A stretch of DNA of 32,102 nt from a virus (taxonomy: Duplodnaviria > Caudoviricetes): positions 1-32,102 of IMG/VR virus record IMGVR_UViG_3300017761_000827. One strand, written 5' to 3'. The translations under genes and the position numbers were made by a program. Shown here piece after piece: positions 1 to 10,400 of the stretch. The notes under the pieces are model-generated. The model saw only the letters and a program-made list of their open reading frames with translations. It was not told the DNA's origin and did no database searches. The stretch's first letter is position 1. Each line of letters begins with the position of its first letter.

Positions 1-288
1 AAAGCTGCTGCGGATGCTCAAGCCGCTGCGGATGCTAAAGCTGTTGCGGATGCTAAAGCTGTTGCGGATGCTAAAGCCCTAGCCGATGCTAAAGCTGCTG
101 CGGATGCTAAAGCCTTAGCCGATGCCGAAGCTAAAGGTTTAGCCGATGCCGAAGCCGCTGCCAAAGCTAGGGCCGAAGCCGCCGCCAAAGCACAAGCTGA
201 TGCTCAAGCCGCCGCCGATGCTCAAGCCGCCGCCGATGCCAAAGCCGCCGCCGATGCCAAAGCCCTAGCCGATGCCAAAGCTGCTGCT
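1..288 (+). repeat. Degenerate 18-bp coding tandem repeat (DAKAAA/DAKALA)
   Basis: Recurrent gatgc(t/c)aaagc units in frame. Confidence 0.9.
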
Positions 289-1323
289 GAACTTGGGAGT
301 GGTTTGCAGGGAGATGGTACTAAACCGGGAGATGGTACTGAACCGGGGACAGGTATTAAACCGGGGACAGGTACTAAACCGGGGACAGGTACTGAACCGG
401 GAGATGGTAAGCCCGGAGATGATGGGCTGGGAGGCGATGGATCCGGAGGTTCGGGGACAGGTACTAAACCGGGAACAGGAGAACCTAAGCCGGTAACAGA
501 GCCTCCTAAGCCGGTAACAGAGCCTCCTAAGCCGGTAACAGAGCCTCCTAAGCCGGTAACAGAGCCTCCTAAGCCGGAAACAGAAACTCCTGATGACACT
601 ACTGATGACACTACTGATGACACTACAAACCCTAGACCTAAACCCACAGGATCTACAGGGGCTACAGACACGGCGGGGGCTGCAAAAGGCAGTGAAGAAC
701 CTTCAAAACCCGCTTTTGATTATTTAGCAGCAACAGCTCAAAAGTATAACCCTGTTAAATATATAAATATCGCTGGGGGAAATTTCCCTATTTACGGGTC
801 TACTTCTTCCGCGCAAACAGGAAATAATATGGCTTCTAATGCACCTATGGAAAATGGAAAATTTCAGCCAATCCAACCTTTTAAGCCATTTCAAACTTTT
901 GGGGCACCTGATAGTGACCAAACTGAAGGGTTGTTTGGTAATAATTTAGGATTTGCTTATGGGGGCAACGTAGAAAGTTCCGATCCTATGAACCCAATGG
1001 GCGGTGTGCCTGCTTCGCAATTTGGACTTGCTGCGTTGGAAAAGGGCGGGATAGCCAAAGATAAACCATTTGAAGGCTACCTCGACGGCCCCGGCGATGG
1101 GATGAGTGATTCGATCAAAGCCACTATCGACGGCCAGCAACCCGCTCGGCTTGCAGATGGGGAGTTCGTTATCCCTGCGGATGTTGTAAGCCACCTTGGC
1201 AACGGCTCTAGTAAAGCTGGCGCTAAAATGCTATACGCCATGATGGATAGGATTCGTAAAGCCCGCACTGGAAATCCTAAGCAGGGCAAAGAAATTAACC
1301 CCAGCAAATTTTTGCCTGCCTAA
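1..1323 (+). CDS. Repeat-rich probable internal virion protein (5'-truncated; ORF open from base 1)
   Basis: Frame 1 is open from position 1 (KAAADAQAAADAKAVADAK...) and continuous with track ORF 304..1323; C-terminal block GPGDGMSDSIKATIDGQQPARLADGEFVIPADVVSHLGNGSSKAGA is a motif I recognise from phage structural modules. Confidence 0.75.
   Translation, partial: KAAADAQAAADAKAVADAKAVADAKALADAKAAADAKALADAEAKGLADAEAAAKARAEAAAKAQADAQAAADAQAAADAKAAADAKALADAKAAAELGSGLQGDGTKPGDGTEPGTGIKPGTGTKPGTGTEPGDGKPGDDGLGGDGSGGSGTGTKPGTGEPKPVTEPPKPVTEPPKPVTEPPKPVTEPPKPETETPDDTTDDTTDDTTNPRPKPTGSTGATDTAGAAKGSEEPSKPAFDYLAATAQKYNPVKYINIAGGNFPIYGSTSSAQTGNNMASNAPMENGKFQPIQPFKPFQTFGAPDSDQTEGLFGNNLGFAYGGNVESSDPMNPMGGVPASQFGLAALEKGGIAKDKPFEGYLDGPGDGMSDSIKATIDGQQPARLADGEFVIPADVVSHLGNGSSKAGAKMLYAMMDRIRKARTGNPKQGKEINPSKFLPA
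313..480 (+). repeat. 18-bp coding repeat (K/E-P-G-T/D-G-T)
   Basis: Recurrent aaaccggggacaggtact / gaaccgggagatggt units. Confidence 0.9.
484..624 (+). repeat. Four exact 21-bp repeats (PKPVTEP) plus one variant, then three 12-bp repeats (TDDT)
   Basis: cctaagccggtaacagagcct at 484, 505, 526, 547; variant at 568; (a/c)ctgatgacact x3 at 589-624. Confidence 0.95.
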
Positions 1324-1341
1324 AGCGGTTAGGAGATTACA

Positions 1342-2316
1342 ATGGCCTATAACGCAAATTCTCCTACTTCGGGGATTACCACTAAAGGTACTAATACCAC
1401 CGGGACTGCGTTTACCCCGGAAATCCAAGGCGCTGTTAAAAAAGCGATAACAAACGTAAACGACGCTTACGGTAAAAAATGGGAAGTCCTTGGTAATCAA
1501 GGGCAATACTTTGCCCCAACTAACACCGCGCAAAAAAACTATTTTACTAATGCTGGAGCTTTGAAAGCCCCAGATGAATATGATTCGTCTGGGAATCTCT
1601 ATACGGGGGTAGGGAGTAGTACGTTCAATCAGGCACAAGCTGATCAGTACATGTCCCCGTACCAAGCTGCTGTTACTCAAACCACAATGGATGAGATGCA
1701 GCGACAACAAGACCGAGAATTAGCGCAGCTTGGCTTACGAAGCGTAAAGGGGGCGGGATTAGGTTCCAGTGGGTATTCGCTTGCACAAGCGTTATCTAAC
1801 CAAAATTATGGGCAAACCGCCGCTGCCATGTACGCTAAATTGCAGCAGGCTGCATATGAAAACGCGCAAAAACAGTACAACGCTGAGCAAGCCAGCCGAC
1901 TTCAAGCTGCACAAGGACTTGGGTCGCTTGGGGCTAACATAAGTTCTTCTGATATTGATCGCCTAAAAGCGCAAGGACTCGCAGCAACTGAAGAATACAA
2001 TCTTGCTCAAAAACCGTTAGACCTTCGACTACAAGAGGATAAAGCGGCTAGGGAAGCCCCAATGACGATGGCGTCTAATCAAGTAAGTGCGCTACAGGGT
2101 ATCCCAAGGGAAACTACTGAAACTCAAACGAAAGATGAAACTCAGAATACTTATGGGGTAGACCCTTCAACACTACAGATGATTACTAGCGGCATTAACG
2201 CGGTGCTTCAAACGGCTACCAAAGGCGAAGACATTGTTAAAGGGTTGTCGGCTTTGTTTGGCGGTGCCGAAAAAGCTAAAAAATGGTTTGGTGATCTTTT
2301 TGGGGACGATGAATAA
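1342..2316 (+). CDS. Probable internal virion / DNA-transfer (ejection) protein
   Basis: AGGAG SD; Gln/Ala/Gly-rich helical protein with YMSPY motif and amphipathic C-terminus; position upstream of the giant virion protein. Confidence 0.6.
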   Translation: MAYNANSPTSGITTKGTNTTGTAFTPEIQGAVKKAITNVNDAYGKKWEVLGNQGQYFAPTNTAQKNYFTNAGALKAPDEYDSSGNLYTGVGSSTFNQAQADQYMSPYQAAVTQTTMDEMQRQQDRELAQLGLRSVKGAGLGSSGYSLAQALSNQNYGQTAAAMYAKLQQAAYENAQKQYNAEQASRLQAAQGLGSLGANISSSDIDRLKAQGLAATEEYNLAQKPLDLRLQEDKAAREAPMTMASNQVSALQGIPRETTETQTKDETQNTYGVDPSTLQMITSGINAVLQTATKGEDIVKGLSALFGGAEKAKKWFGDLFGDDE

Positions 2317-2342
2317 ACAACGATAGAGGATTGGGGCATTCC

Positions 2343-4427
2343 ATGAGCATACTTTCGCCAAACGCCACGCAATTTCAGTTGCTAGTAAAAAAACTCAGCG
2401 ATGGAGCTTTGTCTCAAGCGTTGCAGATGCACGCAGATCCGTCCGATCCGAAAGGGTTCTGGTTGGCCCAAGAAGCTATGGGCCGCGCTGCTGCTCGCAA
2501 AGAGGCACAGGCGGGGAACGCTAATCCGCCCACGGTCGTTCAGCAGTTAGCGAAGCAGTTGACCCCCCAACCCCCAGCCCCCCCACAGGGTATGCCCCCG
2601 ATGCCTCCGCAGGGAGTTCCGGGTATGGGCGCTATGCCCCCGATGCCTCAAGTAGCCGCTCCCATGCCGCCCCAAGGTATGCCCCCGCAGATGCCGCCAA
2701 TGCCCCCGCAGATGCCGCCTCAAGCACCGCCGGTTGCTATGGCCCAAGCAGGCGGCCACGTTCACGACTACGGTATCGCCGGTCTTCCTTATATGCCCCG
2801 GTATGAACACGGTGGGATTGTGTCGTTCGCCAAAGGCGGGGACGAAGGGATGGACGAAGGATTATACGAAGGGCAAAGTTTTGAAGGGTATAACCCGGAT
2901 GACCCGAGTCAGATGCTTGCGGAATTAGACACAAAAGGAAGAAGCAAAGAAAACCAACAGCAATTAGAAGCAGATACGGATGCCGCAAATGTTCTTACTG
3001 CACTTAGATCAATAGTGACAGGCCCAGCATTGGGATTAGCTGGGGCGGCGGATGTAGGGACTATGATCCCTCGGGCATTTGGTTCTCTTGCGTGGGAACG
3101 TGGGAAAGATGGCAAACTTACGCGGAACATGGACAGCCCTGATTTTAACTGGTTTCCGGCTACAGAAGCGGTGAAAAATTGGGCGGAAGCCCCTATTGGC
3201 GATGATTTTGTTAGCACCCGCTATGACCCCAATTCAGACAATGCTCCACCCCCCAAGGAAAAATTTAAGCCTATCACTTCTAATGTGTTTTCTGCGGCTA
3301 ATCCTAACGCTAGTGCGCCACCTAAAACTGAAGCCGCGCCGTTCAATCCAAATTGGCTAGTCTCGGCTAATGCCCCGCCTTCGTTGGCGCAAGCTTCTTC
3401 AGATAAGACTCCTCCGACAGCGCCAAGAAGGATCGTGGAAGTAACCTCCAAACCGCCAGCGGTTTCTGCTGGGATAACCACGCCGCGTGTTGGTGCGGGA
3501 ACGGGGAACGCCCCCACGCTTATAAAAGATGAGCCACAAGAATACACGCCGGAAAAAGAAGCAGAAAATAGGCGGTTTGAAGAAGATTTACAGCGTAGCT
3601 ATGGGTACAACCCTAACCTAAATGCTGACTTTTTAGCGGAAAACGCTAAAGATATTGAAGCCCTTAAGAAAGAATCAGGATTACAATCAATCCGTGATAT
3701 TGGTAACGCTTTAGCCGCATTTTCTGGCGCAGATAGTGACGCCAAAGGATTTGTAGCATTCTCTCAGCAACTTGGGAAAAACTTTGCTGAAAGTGACAAA
3801 GCTATGGACATGAAAAAAGATGCTTTGAAAAAATACAATAGAGAGCTACGTTTAGCTGAAAACGACATAAGAAATAATAAAGTAGAAAAAGGCATGGCTC
3901 GTAGAGTAAGAGCGGAAGAACAAATAGCGCAGGCAAAGGTGAAGTACACCGAAGCGCAAAACGCTTTTATAATTGAGCAATATAAACAAAAAAGGGAAGA
4001 TATGCGTAAAGAAATGGAAGAAGCAAACGCTAATCTTCGTAATGAACGATCTGTACGCGCTGAAGAACTTAGAGCCCTCGCAGTAAGAGAAGCGGCAACA
4101 CAAGATAAATTAAACAGTTTCTTTACATCTGGGCTTCTAACGGAAGAACAATTTGTTAATCTTAAGGTTAAATTTAGTAAAGACATAGATAGCGACGATG
4201 TAGCTAGTTATATATCAACTACAACCGGGGTTGCCGTTGATCCAGATAAACTCACAGAAGCAGATATTGAAAAATACACAGACGAAATTGCTAATATCAA
4301 AGTTACAAATTATGTGGAACAATCTCGAAAATTTATAGGCGGCCAGAAAAAAGACATAGCAGAAGTTTTATATGGTTCGGGCCGAGGGTTAGGATCGTTT
4401 ACCGCTTCCCCCTTGCCGCAGCGTTAG
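2343..4427 (+). CDS. Probable internal virion protein with Pro/Met/Gln-rich linker and coiled coil
   Basis: Long ORF (track start TTG 2331, ATG at 2343); PPQM repeats; GGIVSFAKGG motif; charged helical C-terminal third. Confidence 0.6.
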   Translation: MSILSPNATQFQLLVKKLSDGALSQALQMHADPSDPKGFWLAQEAMGRAAARKEAQAGNANPPTVVQQLAKQLTPQPPAPPQGMPPMPPQGVPGMGAMPPMPQVAAPMPPQGMPPQMPPMPPQMPPQAPPVAMAQAGGHVHDYGIAGLPYMPRYEHGGIVSFAKGGDEGMDEGLYEGQSFEGYNPDDPSQMLAELDTKGRSKENQQQLEADTDAANVLTALRSIVTGPALGLAGAADVGTMIPRAFGSLAWERGKDGKLTRNMDSPDFNWFPATEAVKNWAEAPIGDDFVSTRYDPNSDNAPPPKEKFKPITSNVFSAANPNASAPPKTEAAPFNPNWLVSANAPPSLAQASSDKTPPTAPRRIVEVTSKPPAVSAGITTPRVGAGTGNAPTLIKDEPQEYTPEKEAENRRFEEDLQRSYGYNPNLNADFLAENAKDIEALKKESGLQSIRDIGNALAAFSGADSDAKGFVAFSQQLGKNFAESDKAMDMKKDALKKYNRELRLAENDIRNNKVEKGMARRVRAEEQIAQAKVKYTEAQNAFIIEQYKQKREDMRKEMEEANANLRNERSVRAEELRALAVREAATQDKLNSFFTSGLLTEEQFVNLKVKFSKDIDSDDVASYISTTTGVAVDPDKLTEADIEKYTDEIANIKVTNYVEQSRKFIGGQKKDIAEVLYGSGRGLGSFTASPLPQR

Positions 4428-4448
4428 TCCAATTTGGAGATCAGTTGA

Positions 4449-7400
4449 ATGCAGACGTTTTTAGTTAAAACGCCGGATGGCCGTGCTTTTGAAGTAGACG
4501 GCGAAAACGAAAATGATGCGATCAACTATCTTCAAAACGCCCTTGGTGGGGACACCGACTCTAGTGCTCCTATAGCGCCCCAACGCCCTTCGATAGACAG
4601 CACCATTGATGCTTATGGGCGGTATCTAAACCGGCAAGGGGAAACTTCTCCCGAAGAAGCCCCCCAACAAGACGACACCTATCTGCAAGATTTACTTGCT
4701 AGGACTAAACGTCAACGAGGTTTTGGGGATAATTTTGGGCCTGCGTTCTCTCGGGCTAGTACGGGCGTAGAGTCTACGGTCACAGATCTGATCCCCGCAG
4801 CGTATTACACTTTCACTGGGAACGAACAAGCCGCGAAAGATCAGTTAGCGGAAGCCAAGGCTAAACAGGAAGAAGCTGCCAGATTAAATCCGCCGCAGTT
4901 CAAAGGCGTTGAGGAAGTCACGGCCAGCACGGTATTGCCGTTCCTTGGCGAAAAACTTGGAGAGGCGCTTCCCGCCACTGGTGCAACACTTGGTTTGGCG
5001 CTTGCAGCCCCTGCTGCCGCTCTTGCGTTAGGCGCTTCTCCTGCCCTTGCCACGGCGGCGGGTGCCGCTACGGCGTATCTTGGGTCGTTTGCCATGAACG
5101 CTCCAAACGAACTTCAAAACCTCTACGACAAGACCGGAAACCTAGAACTTCCCGCTGCGGCAATCAGCGGTGGGTTGCAGTCGGCTTTGGATATTCTCCC
5201 CGAACTTCGCCTTGCTGGAAAAATTGCGGGGCCGCTTAAAGCCGCTGTAACTGAAAAACTATTGGCTAAGTCAGGCATGAACCCAAGCCTGATCAAGTCT
5301 GTGGCGAAAGAAACCGGAATTGGGTTTGCAGGTGAGGGGTTGACTGGTGGCGCACAGGAAGCAATCAGTATTGCGGCTGAAAAAATCGTAACCGAAAACA
5401 AAGATTTGTGGGGGTCTGAAGAGTTCAGCCGAGTTCTTAACGGTGCCGTAAATGAAGCGGTAGGCGGCCTTGCGTTTGGCCCTGTTGCTGGTGCGGTGGA
5501 TTACGGGCGTCAAACGGGCGTTATTGCAGAAAGAGAAAAAGCCCAGCGTGCGGAAGAAGAAGCAGCGGCGAAAACTCAAAAGGATGCAGAGGAAGCAGCG
5601 GAACTGGCAGGGTTACCAGAACGCTATCAAACCATAGACGCTCGCTTGCAAGAAGCTGAAACCAACCTTGCCGCTACTCCGGGGAGTAAGCAGCTTCAGA
5701 TCCAGCGTGATCAAGTTTTAGCTGAGCGCAAAGCTTTGGAGGCTAGGGAGACTTTTCTTAAGACGCCCCCAGAAGAACGCGCCAAAGTCGAAGCTGCAAA
5801 AGAACAGGCTCCCGCAGTGGAAGGGCCGAAAGCCGCACGGGACTATACGGTTTCTGACTTACTTAAAGAACTCGGCGTCACTGAGCAAGAAGCCGCTGCG
5901 GCAATCAAAGAGTACAACAGCCGCCCCGATAAACCGGCGGGGGAAGAAAACTTCCGTGTGGGATTCAAAGACCTTGCAAGAGGGGATGTTGCCAATAAAT
6001 TTTCGACGCTGCTGGATATTCTTCAGCCTCGCCACATTGCCGACATCAAGGACGACACCGATGCTCAGTTAGAGTTTGGCCGTCGAGTGGACGAGGTTAA
6101 AGCCACCCATCCCAATCTCCAGTCCGATCAAATCGAGGCCGACAAGATTGCGGGGATTAAGCCCACGCAGTTTGGGAAAGAATTCAAGGCTATCACTGGG
6201 GACGCCAAGATCACTGCGGAGAACGCCCCGCAAATCTACACTGCGCTTGTGGCTAGGCGCGATCAGGTAAAGCCTCACAACCCCCCTCTTGCAGACTTCT
6301 TTGACGCTCAGATCCAGAAGTTCAACTTGCTGAAAGAAGCACAGGCAACGGCGGTTAGCGGCCCAGTAACGCCTCCGGCAGTTGCACAGAAGGTAGTGAC
6401 CCCAGAAGTAACCCCGGTAGAAGGCCCGTCACAAGAAGAAGTAGAGAAAGCCCTGCAAGAAGAGTATGACCGTCAAGAAGCTGCGGAACAGTTAGCGAAG
6501 GATATTGCTGACGAGCAGACGGATATGGCAGAAAAAGATGGCGAGGTTTCTCAGAATAAGAAACAAGTTGAGCCAGACACGGGGCCGATAGAGTATCTCC
6601 AGAAAAACATAGACCCTCGCTATGGGAGGATCATCGAATCCTCTGAACAATTTGGGGCGTTGTCTAGAAGGGGTAATGACTACACTGCCCTAAATAAAAT
6701 GGTGGGTAGAAGAATTGCGCTTGACCACCTTGCGGGCAACATCACGCTCTCAAAGAAGTTTGATAAAGACTCTCCGGAAAAACGCCAAGAACATCTTGAT
6801 TACGTTAACACCGATGAATTTGGTGCAGATTCTTTAGATTTCTCCAGCACTAAGGAAGTAGATGAGGCGGGTAACCTGTCGCCTTATTCGGCACTATTCC
6901 AGCGGTCTGGCGGGGAGCATGGCAAGAAGTTCTACAACTCCCTGACTTGGGAAGAACAGCAATACGTCAAAAACAAAGTCCGTGAGCTTAGTGATACAGA
7001 AATGTCCGTTGAGCAAACTCGTCTTGCTGCGGAACCAGAAGAAGAGACCACTGCTGAAGGAGATACTTTAGAAGAAGCTATTGCGAGTAAAGAAGCTCTT
7101 CCGGGGTTATACGCCAAACAGGATGAGATCGCAGGTAAAATTGCCGAGATGACTGAGCAAGGAGCTTCGGAGTCAGCGATAGCGGCGGTATTGAAAGAAA
7201 AGCCTGATCTTACTTCTGAGCAAGCTGCGGAAAACGCTAAGAACAGAGAACTAAAAGCACTTCAAAAAGAAGCCAGTAGAGTTTCAAGGCAAATTGCTAA
7301 ATCAATAGAACTGCAAGATGCCCCCACGGTTAAAGAGTTAAATACTCTTTCAGAACATATTAGAGCTATAGAAAACGATATTGCTAGACCTATAGGAAAA

Positions 7401-10400
7401 GTAGTCCCACTTGAAATTCGTCAAGCCAATATCGAAGGTGCGCCGGAAGCGTATTTTAGAGGATGGCAAAAGAAACTCAGAGAACAACTTGCGGAAGCTA
7501 AAGATCGCTATGCCTTTGGTGCGGATGTTCTTGAAGGAGCATTTAACCGGCTCCGCAACGGTGTCGTCCGAGTAGGGCGTTCGCTTGAATCCGCTCAAAG
7601 AATCAAAGGGCCAAATGAGTCTGCGCTTCGGGGAGCGTTGGAGGGTCAGTACGAAAAACTTCGTAAATTTGTAGACCTCCACCCACAGTTTGATTATCTC
7701 GTTAAAGAAGAAGAACTTCGTAAGGCATTCCCCACCTATCGACCCCCGGCGGTTGCGACTACTCCTGAGAAAGCTATCGACAGCCTTTCCCGTGCGATGG
7801 GTAGGAACATCGGCAAAGTGGTTTCGGTTACGACGACCCCCGAAAAAGCGGGGTTAAAGAACGTCCCGGCTGGCGCACGCGCAATGGTGTCCCCGGAAGG
7901 GAAGGCATACCTTTTCACCGACATGATCCCCGAAGGGGATGAACTTTCTGTATTCCTGCACGAGTTTGGCGATCATCTGGGGATGCGTGCATTAGTAGGA
8001 AATGGTAACTACAACTATCTTGTCAACAAAGTCAAAGAATGGGCAGCGAACACCAAGAGCGATAGTCGGGAAAGTCGTCTTGCTCGTAAAGCACTGAAAC
8101 GAGTTCCAGAAAAGACAGATGTTGATGATGAAATCTTAGCTTACTTTATTGAAGAAGCAGTTCGCGATGGGATCAATCCCAAAGATTTACAATCTTCCGT
8201 GAAGCCCGAAACTTTGTCGGAATCCTTAAAAGCATTTTTCAACAAAGTCATGGGTGGGGTTAAAAACCTACTTAGCAAACTGCGTCTTAACCCCGAAAAT
8301 ATCAAAGCCCAAGACATTGTGGATCTTGCGTATGGCGCTGCTCACTTAGAGTTAGATAATCAAATTGCTGCTCCCCAACTTACCCCCATCAAAGGGCATG
8401 AATTTTCTGGAACTTTGAACGCCCGTCACACTGGGGTAAGAGAAGTCACTAAATGGCTTAAAAGTAAAGATGTCCCAGTAGAAGAAAGATATGATGGGGG
8501 TAATGGGGTTTTTGGAAGCTACACTTATCTTGATGAAAAAGGTAATTGGGTTAGCGGAAAAATGGGAATTGGGGGGCGGTACTCCAATGTGGTTATGGAC
8601 GTTCAAGCTAAATTTAAGAAGGCGTTTGTTTGGACTCCAAAAACAAGTGATGAGCTTTGGAAAGTATTAGGTAAAGATAAAAAAGGTAAATTGTCTGGGG
8701 ATAAAATTTCTGAAACCCTACACAAAAAAGGATATGACGGGTTAATTTTGCGTGGGTGGGAAGATTTTATAGAAAAAGAAGTACCATATCCAGAAGAACT
8801 TAAGAATATGGAGTACGGAGAAGAATACGAAAAAATAAACAAAGCTTGGAAAAAAAAATATAATGAGCTTTCCCAAAAAATAGGGTTCTATCTTGATGAG
8901 GCACAAGATCAGGTAGTAGCGTTTGAGCCAGAGACTCAACTTAAAACGTTCGCTGCCACCCCTAATGCGCCTCGTATTAAAGTAAGAAGCCCTAAAAAAC
9001 TCCCCAAAGCCAAGTTCTCTATGGCCCCTGCGGGGGAATTCGTTTCTGCGCCTCGGGTTCGTAGAGACACTCCAGCCCTAGTCACTATGCGAGAAGATCC
9101 TATTGGCGCAACCGAGACCGTATCGGATGTACAGACTGTTGCCGAGAGGATATTTGGTTTGATGGATAGCATCGTGGATGCGGCACCGGAGTGGTCTCAG
9201 AAAACGCTTAAGGCGGTGCAAAACGCGATTGAAAACCCAGTTGCTAAGGACTCCCGTTCGCTCATCAACGATGCGTTAAGCCTTAGAGAACTTGCGGAGG
9301 AAAACAAAACCTCTAACCCAGAAATGTCTACCGCTATCTTAGATTTGCACAAAGCGGTGTCTAAGCGAGATTTTAGGGCGGCTACTTACCTCCAAGAAAT
9401 GGAAAAATTTTACACTAGCGCCAAAAAACGCTTGGGTAAATTTGATCTTAATACCCAGAAAATGTTCCATAATCTCGTGCATCAGTCCACGTTGAAACGA
9501 ATTCAATTTGATAAATCGGAAAATAAAGGACACCCGCTGACCAAACAATTTGAGTCTATGAATGCGGATTTACAGAAACTGTATTTTGAATTACGAGATC
9601 AGTATGCGGGTATCTTGCAGAAATTCTTAGACCAGATTGATACTTCTGAGGTTCTTGGCCCAGCAAGTAAGGTACTTGCCAAACTGATGGCTAAGCAGAT
9701 CACTCCTTATTTCCCGTTGTTCCGCCGTGGGGACTTTTGGCTGCGGTATGTAGACCCTACCACTCAAGAAGACTGGGTGTTGGCGTTTGAGAACAATAGC
9801 GACCGGCGTGATGCTGAGCGGTTTTTGAAGTCCAACGGTATGAAAGAGATCACACCGTTCCGGCGTCCTAAAGAAGTGACGATGGATAACCTTCCACCGA
9901 CCAGACAGTTTAGGGACATCATTAAACTACTGGAAGAAAAGCTGCCCAGAGACCCTACCACCAAAGAGATGACTCCTTCGGCGCAGGACGCCCTTAACGA
10001 AGTATACGGCACATGGCTCACCATGTTCCCCACCCAATCCATCATGCAAAATTTCCGGCCTCGTAAAGGCACGCTTGGTTTTAGAGAAGATTCTCTTGCC
10101 AACTTTGCAGAGGTGGGTAGCCGCATGGCGATGAACGTCGCGCAGTTTGAGTCCATCCAGTCAATCGATAAGGCTATTAATGCGGCTAAGGGCGCTAGAG
10201 GAAACCGCCCCAACGCCAAAGACAACGCGGCATGGGAGAGCATCCAGTCCAGAGTACCATTCCTCAAGAACCCCGTGCAGAAAGATGGGTTTGTGGGTGC
10301 TCTGGCGGCAAAATCTGGGTATCTGTCGTATGTTTATTACTTGATCGGCAATCCGTCCACCGCGATTGCTAACTACATGCAGCTACCCATCATTGCGGTG

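Noticed and set aside
222-671. 149-aa minus-strand ORF and other ORFs overlapping the virion genes
   Set aside because: Open only because of tandem repeats or codon bias of the + strand genes
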